DNA of 61,278 nucleotides, filler included, from Bipalium vagum (taxonomy: Eukaryota): NCBI GenBank assembly GCA_037834085.1. It is 3 parts of 3 records of this genome, joined end to end, with 100 filler letters (N's around TTAATTAATTAA, not from the genome) between each part and the next. Parts side by side here need not be neighbours in the genome. Positions count along the whole stretch, not along the records: positions 38,108 to 61,278 come from JBBMKC010211039.1; 2 more parts are not named here. One strand, written 5' to 3'. The translations under genes were made by a program, and so were the position numbers. Shown here in pieces: positions 55,801-61,278 of this stretch. Position 1 is the first letter of the stretch, and each line of letters begins with the position of its first letter. The notes beneath the pieces were generated by a model. It was not told the origin of the DNA and did not search any database. It saw only the letters and a list, made by a program, of their open reading frames with translations.

Positions 55801-58800
55801 GAGACTTTTCAGAGGACTGATGATTTAAAGAAGTTCATCAGATCATGCAATCGCTATTTTGATATTGAAGAAAGATAGAGAAGTATGGATTGAGAAGATG
55901 ATTTATCCAGACCTAGAAGAATCATATATCAGCACATCAGGGAAAGCCTCAGGGTTTGAAGAAAGACTTCGTTTGGCCTTCGCACATCCAAATAAATCAC
56001 TATCCATTTTTGAAGAAATAGTGAATCTTAGGCAAGGAGAGGAAGATGTCGAAGTATTTTTCAATACGGCCGAAGAATTGGTGGAGAAGATATTAGCACT
56101 TCCTGTTGAATTGTTACAAAATGGGACGATTCACAAAAAGGTCAAAGAAGAAATCAGACGTGCGAACCATCAAGGAAACTATTAAAGAAGAGAAGATAAG
56201 CACAATTAGATCATACAGGGATGCTGTCATGGATAATAAATTTGCTAATAATCCGAAAATGAGAAACACAAAGACCTACACCAATAACCGAAATATTTCA
56301 CCAACAGCTCTTCCAGAAAGAAGATCAATAATTTGCTATGCATAAAATAGGCTGGACACATAGCTAGATTATGTCCAGAAAGAAAAGAACGGATATTCTA
56401 TGGATGCGGATGAATAGGTCACATCCGAAGAAATTGCCCAAACACAAAATGTTCAAATATTGTTCAAAGATGATTAAACAAAGAGAATTCATCATGTCGG
56501 TTCATAAAATGTTGACACACGTGGGTGCAGAGAAAGTAATTTCATATTTGTGTCAAAATTTCGATATGCCACGCATGTGGGAATGTGTTAGAGAGATTAT
56601 TGACAATTGTGAGGACTGCAAAAGAAACAAAACCATGACGATAAAAGTTAAAGAACAAGCAATTCCGATATATTCATTAGAGATATTTGAAAAAATATTT
56701 GTTGATGTTGGTGGACCCTTTGCAGTGACCAGAGATGGAAAGAGGTATATTTTAGGCATTGTTGATCATTTCAGCCGATACATAAAACTAATACCAATTG
56801 CAAGACAAGACGAGCAAACTATAAGTAAAGCCTTAAAAGAAAAGTGGATTCTGATATTTGGAGCTCCAAAGGAAATACACGTCGACAGTGGAAGGAGTTT
56901 TCAGTCAGCACAAATGAAGACGCTTGCAAGCCATATCAAAGCAGTTCTATGCGTATCAAGCCCTTATCATCATAACAGCAACGGAATGATAGAGAGACAA
57001 TTCCGGACAATAAGAGAGATGGTGATGGCGTCTCAAAAGTCAAGAAAAGGTGAAATATGGGCCTCAATACTTACAGATATCGAATTTACTATAAATGCTA
57101 CGGTGCAGAAGACAACAAGTAGAAGTCCGGCGGAAATTATATTTGGAAAGAAAACATTTCGTGAAGAGTGGTATGGAAAAGATACACATTCAAATGATCA
57201 ATCTACAGAGGCAGAAAAAACAAAAAGGATTTCCGATATTGGAGAAAAGTATTGATAATAGCTGAAAATAGGACCATTCACAGTGATAGAAAAAATACAT
57301 CCAAGGAGATATAAAATCCGAGATGAGCTAGGTTGAACCCTGCAGCGTAATGTGAAGAAGATGCAAAAATTTTTATCGAGGGGGATGTTAGATAATAATT
57401 TAAAGTATTTGTTTAGACAATTGATTTTTGATAAATAAACAGTTTTTAAAAAGGTAGTTTAGTGTTTTTTGCATTTAATGAATAATTTAGGAGAAGAATC
57501 AATTTAACCTATCAATCAGTATGAATAATACTTTCTAGACGCACAAAATTTTCAATTATTGGGATAAAATGGCATTATTTTGTCAGCTAACATTGTTGCA
57601 AACCCCGAGGCCGGTTTTATTGATGTGTCTACAATACATAAACATCATGCAGGCGAAATAGGAACACATCTACGATGTGATTTTACATTATGATTGAGTT
57701 TAGTCTCATCAACACACACTATTACGTTGGGCCTTCCAAGTTTAATTGGATTGACAGTGTAATATTCTTTGATTTACCAACTAAAATTTTTCTTAATATG
57801 ATATAAACCGGTGCAGATATTTTAACTGTCTTCTTAATTTATACAAAAGTCATATTTCTGGACCATAAAATGATTGCTTTCACTATTATATTTAGAGGAA
57901 TCTTAAAATTTGATATCCATGACTCCGTACGAATACTAAGTGTCGTATTATCTTTGAAGTATCTCAATTTGTAGTCATCAGATGTGCAAAACATATGCAT
58001 AACGTTTTTTCATTTTAAGCATATCACGGACTCCTTTAAAAACTCATGTTAAAAAAGTTCCAAAGAATTGATAAACATAAATTAAAATATTAATATATAT
58101 ACGTTAATAATATATTATCATTTAAATATGACGACATGATAAAAATTATAACCAATTAAATTTGACAGTATACCTGTCATTATACTTAATAGATCCGAAT
58201 TATTAACATCTTTAACTGAACTGTTATTTTATCTAAAGTATAATGAACTACCTTTATTTTATCCGAGCCTTTTTAGAGTTTACAAAATCATTGGTTTTAA
58301 CATTCTAATTTTGTATTTTATATTAATTAAATATTAGAAGTATAAATAATAAAATAATAATCATAATAATAATAATATTATTATTATATAATGATAAAGC
58401 TAATATATTGATTTCAATTTTTTATACAGGGCTATCCTGGGTTTATGGGAATTAGAGGAATAATTGGAGACAAAGGGGAAATGGGATTTTTTGGACTACC
58501 TGGACCTAAAGGATATAAAGGAATCAATGGAGCATTAGGTCCACAAGGATGGAAAGGAGAGAGAGTAAGCCCTGATAAAATATATTTATAGCATGCTAAG
58601 TGTAATAATCTTAATAAAAATAACTTCTTAATACTATAAAACTTTATTATAGATTTGAAGGTTCAACCTACCTAAAAGTAAATTCAGAATTTAAGTGACA
58701 AATGAAAATAATGATAGTCTTTTTATATTCCATTTTTGTTTTACTGATACTTTTACTTTCATGACTTTACAAGTTCTAAAGATTTTAAGTACCTTAATTT

Positions 58801-59752
58801 TTCTACACAATTGTCATAACAATTGCACCTATTTTATCAAATTTTAATATTCCACATTTCTTGCTATGGATTTTTAGCTCTAATTCAATTCTAATTCCAA
58901 TAATCCACTAAAATTATTATTAATATTATTTATTATAAATATTATTGCTTCCGAAACATTACAGAGGCTTAGAATTTTAAAAATTATTTTCGGATGTAAA
59001 GAGAGTATTCAAGACAATACTGATCTGAACCCTTCTGCTGACCAAATGATGTGAAGAAAATTGGTATCAGAATCATTTAGAAAATCACTAACTTTCACAG
59101 AAAAATTTCTTGATTTTATTGTGCCTTAATCAATGACGAATATTCATGAAGAACCAGACTGGATTATTGTCTTGGCATGAAGCGAAAGGCTGATATCTAT
59201 AAAATTTCTTTGTAACCTATTGTAACTATCTCAGTGAGACCACTAGCAAAACGGACTCTGTATTTTCGATAAATAACTTTATTTTATTAATAAGAATTTT
59301 TATAGATTCTAATAATAATTATTATATATTATTCGAGATAAATATTGAAAAATAATAATTATATATTGTAAAATATAAAAGAATTTCATAAAAATAAAAT
59401 TAAAAAAAATAATTTCTTAGGGAATTCCAGGTAACCCAGGCTACCCGGGCAGGATTGGTGAACCGGTAATTTTCTACAAGAATCATCTGGTATTATACTG
59501 TATATATTAATTAAAGGGATTTCCTGGGATGCGTGGAGATAAGGGGGAAAAAGGTATTCCAGGTTGTGATGGAATGCAAGTAATTATTCTTTCAAATAAA
59601 TTTACATCATAAAAGTATGATAAAATTAGGGTGAATTTGGCACTCCTGGCTTAAACGGTCAATATGGTGATAAAGGAGAACGTGGAGAAGAAGGAGATTT
59701 TGGAGATAGAGGATTATCATCATTTGCTCTTCCACATATCAAAGGAGATAAA
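52808..59752 (+). CDS. Collagen type IV alpha chain, 5' part. Exons 52808-52824, 54130-54172, 55197-55274, 58430-58564, 59421-59465, 59517-59579, 59630-59752
   Basis: Spliced product MSYNFRYLLLCVMLIRSYFA (signal peptide) KVSDPFKCSTICTPDKCLCIGNKGEQ (7S cysteines), then Gly-X-Y with GIPGCDG (cf. GIPGCNG) and an interruption GLSSFALPHIKGDK; phases all consistent. The first two exons are less certain. Confidence 0.88.
54420..55000 (+). mobile_element. Decayed mariner in collagen intron
   Basis: LITGK(W) near 54530 and LPYPTYSRNFSLxDYDF (HPPYSPDLAPxDY-like) near 54840-54890. Confidence 0.55.
55638..57514 (+). mobile_element. Gypsy/Ty3-type LTR retrotransposon, internally deleted (gag plus integrase only). 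LTRs 55638-55759 and 57386-57514, TSD ATCAG
   Basis: TG...CA direct repeats, TSD at 55633-55637 and 57515-57519, PBS TAGCGACCACACC, PPT GAGGGGGA, gag with CCHC remnants. Confidence 0.95.
56371..57255 (+). CDS. Retroviral-type integrase ORF of the Gypsy element
   Basis: HHCC zinc finger (HKMLTH..CEDC), VDVGGP, IHVDSGRSF, NGMIER (D,D35E); GPF module follows in another frame at about 57271. Confidence 0.92.
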   Translation: MSRKKRTDILWMRMNRSHPKKLPKHKMFKYCSKMIKQREFIMSVHKMLTHVGAEKVISYLCQNFDMPRMWECVREIIDNCEDCKRNKTMTIKVKEQAIPIYSLEIFEKIFVDVGGPFAVTRDGKRYILGIVDHFSRYIKLIPIARQDEQTISKALKEKWILIFGAPKEIHVDSGRSFQSAQMKTLASHIKAVLCVSSPYHHNSNGMIERQFRTIREMVMASQKSRKGEIWASILTDIEFTINATVQKTTSRSPAEIIFGKKTFREEWYGKDTHSNDQSTEAEKTKRISDIGEKY

Positions 59753-59790
59753 GTAAATTATAGTTAATTATAAGTATTAATTAATAATAG

Positions 59791-59792
<2 letters not shown>

Positions 59793-59838
<46 letters not shown>

Positions 59839-59873
59839 TTTATTATTTTTATTATTATTATTGTTATTATTAT
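59793..59873 (+). repeat. (ATT)n microsatellite
   Basis: Directly visible; starts about 40 nt after the last collagen exon found. Confidence 0.95.
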
Positions 59874-60635
59874 TAATTTAAAATAATTTATTACAATTGA
59901 GCTGTCTAATTTTTGAATAGTTCGATTTTCTATTTTCCTGTTGGACTACCTCATTCTAAATGAAAATTTTTATAATTTAATTTATAAAAACCCTATCTCT
60001 GCTTTTTGTTCTCAAAAATGTTGATATTGTCAAGCCTGTCAAATTGGACATCCTTGTAACTTCTGCATATTTTTAAGTTGATCGAAGCACAATTCTAATT
60101 ATTCTACATATAGGAAACCAACTTCTAACCTTCTTCTACTGTCAGTGTCCGTCTTAAGCTGTTTATGACGAATTGACAATAACCACTACTAACCAGTATT
60201 CACTCTGTTAATCGTAACCTAAAATATAATAAAATAAAATATACTATTTTATTTTTAATGCTTCCTAAGAAAGTGAACGAGTGATTTATGGAGTGAAACT
60301 AGATTTATGTACCTGATTAATTCTTGTCCAGGATAAAATATAAATTATTGTTGAGACTTTGATAGTTGAATTCAGAAAGAACGAAAAAATCCTCTTTCAT
60401 TTTAAAGTCTCCAACTCAAAGACTTTCTAACTTAGATGATATCTCAAAGAATTTATCAAATATCTTAAATAACACGTTTTTTGCAATTATCTTAGTTGCC
60501 TTAAAAAATTTGAACAAATCTAGCCTTGCCAAAAGTCAATATTATCTGGACTCATTCACTGAAGATTTTATCTATATAATCTATTACACATATTTTGTAA
60601 TTGGCTGATAAAGTTATCCGTTTATTATAATCAAG

Positions 60636-61164
60636 GGTATCGGCGATTCACCTCCATTTTCCCATTCTGCCGGAATGCAAAGAACTGGATCTCTTTCACG
60701 TGACGCCAGCGCAACAAATCTCGTTAATTTAGGTTCCAAAGTTTCTTCACTTTCCAGAGGCAGTAGTCGATCAATGACCCGACTTCCTGGACCTGAGTTG
60801 TCCGATGACGATAAGGATTGGTTGGCCAACACTTGTGCACAGTTGTCATCACCGGACTTTCGAAATCGTCAGGTCGGCTTGGAGGCGGTACTGAAAAAAG
60901 CCGAATTGAATGGTCTTGATCTACCTCAGAAAAGTATTTTCAAAATGCTGAAAGAATTTATCCCTCGTCTCAATGATAACAATACGAAAGTTGCAGTCAC
61001 CGCTCTCAATGTCTGTCACAAAATTATCCCCTGCATTTCTTCAATATTTCCTACAGAATTCTTGTCAGAATTTATCAACACTATTTCCCTAAATTTTGCA
61101 TCCAAATCTTTCGAGCTCAAAGAGGCAGCGACAAATTTAATGAATGCCTGTTTTACAAATCTCG
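60636..61164 (+). CDS. Internal exon encoding a Ser-rich linker and TOG/HEAT domain, TOGARAM/crescerin (FAM179/CHE-12) type
   Basis: LSSPDFRNRQVGL...FIPRLNDNNTKVAVTAL..CHKIIP...NFASK...AAT resembles the last TOG domain of TOGARAM1; acceptor TCAAG| at 60635, donor at about 61165. Confidence 0.8.
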
Positions 61165-61278
61165 GTCGGTATTTTTTTGTACTTTTTAAATTTCTTTATT
61201 TTATGCATTTATTTTTCATTTTTGTGTAAATATTATTATTACTCTTTTATTTTATTACTTATATCGTTAAGAAGGTTT

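Larger units (their letters stand above)
55330..58196 (-). mobile_element. Merlin (IS1595/IS1016-like) DNA transposon with both ends and 8-bp TSD; transposase defective and split by an LTR element
   Basis: TIRs GGATCTATTAA...ATGAC at both ends; TSD GAATTATT at 55322-55329 and 58197-58204; SIRTESW, KLGRPNVIVCVDETK, ESIIHTDG motifs. Confidence 0.9.

Noticed and set aside
28413-60832. Antisense or alternate-frame ORFs over real coding regions (28413, 29133, 36595, 56553, 60614)
   Set aside because: Shadows of the true coding frame.
1-61278. CRISPR arrays, rRNA genes, prokaryotic operons
   Set aside because: No regularly spaced repeat-spacer pattern or rRNA-like sequence seen; gene structure is spliceosomal.

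Overview
Very AT-rich animal genomic DNA with GT-AG introns (several only 48-51 nt) and (AAT)n tracts. The best guess is a triclad flatworm, but that is inference only. The window is not one contiguous locus: two artificial 100-nt linkers (N44-TTAATTAATTAA-N44 at 16275-16374 and 38008-38107) join three separate scaffolds. Host genes, mostly partial and spliced by hand: Shaw/Kv3 channel T1 exon, 3' half of a protocadherin-like gene, an unidentified terminal exon tail-to-tail with it, 5' end of a ceramide-kinase-like gene, 3' end of a LIV-1-type ZIP transporter, a complete G-protein gamma subunit, 5' end of a collagen IV chain, and a TOGARAM/crescerin-type TOG exon. The rest is a transposon graveyard: many mariner/Tc1 relics, an IR/DR Tc1, piggyBac, Penelope, LINE and an RLE-type retroelement 3' end. 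Highlights: (1) a roughly 280-bp miniature LTR retroelement whose 113-bp LTR is built around a tRNA-Ala-derived Pol III cassette, with PBS and PPT (Helenus/TRIMp3-like); (2) 5 kb away, a Gypsy-type element with a near-identical PBS and the same MATTP start, nested in the catalytic Asp codon of a complete Merlin transposon inside a collagen IV intron; (3) a decayed protein-primed DNA polymerase B of Polinton/adintovirus type next to a GC-rich, virus-terminus-like promoter cluster. All family assignments come from motif recognition by eye; no searches were run.
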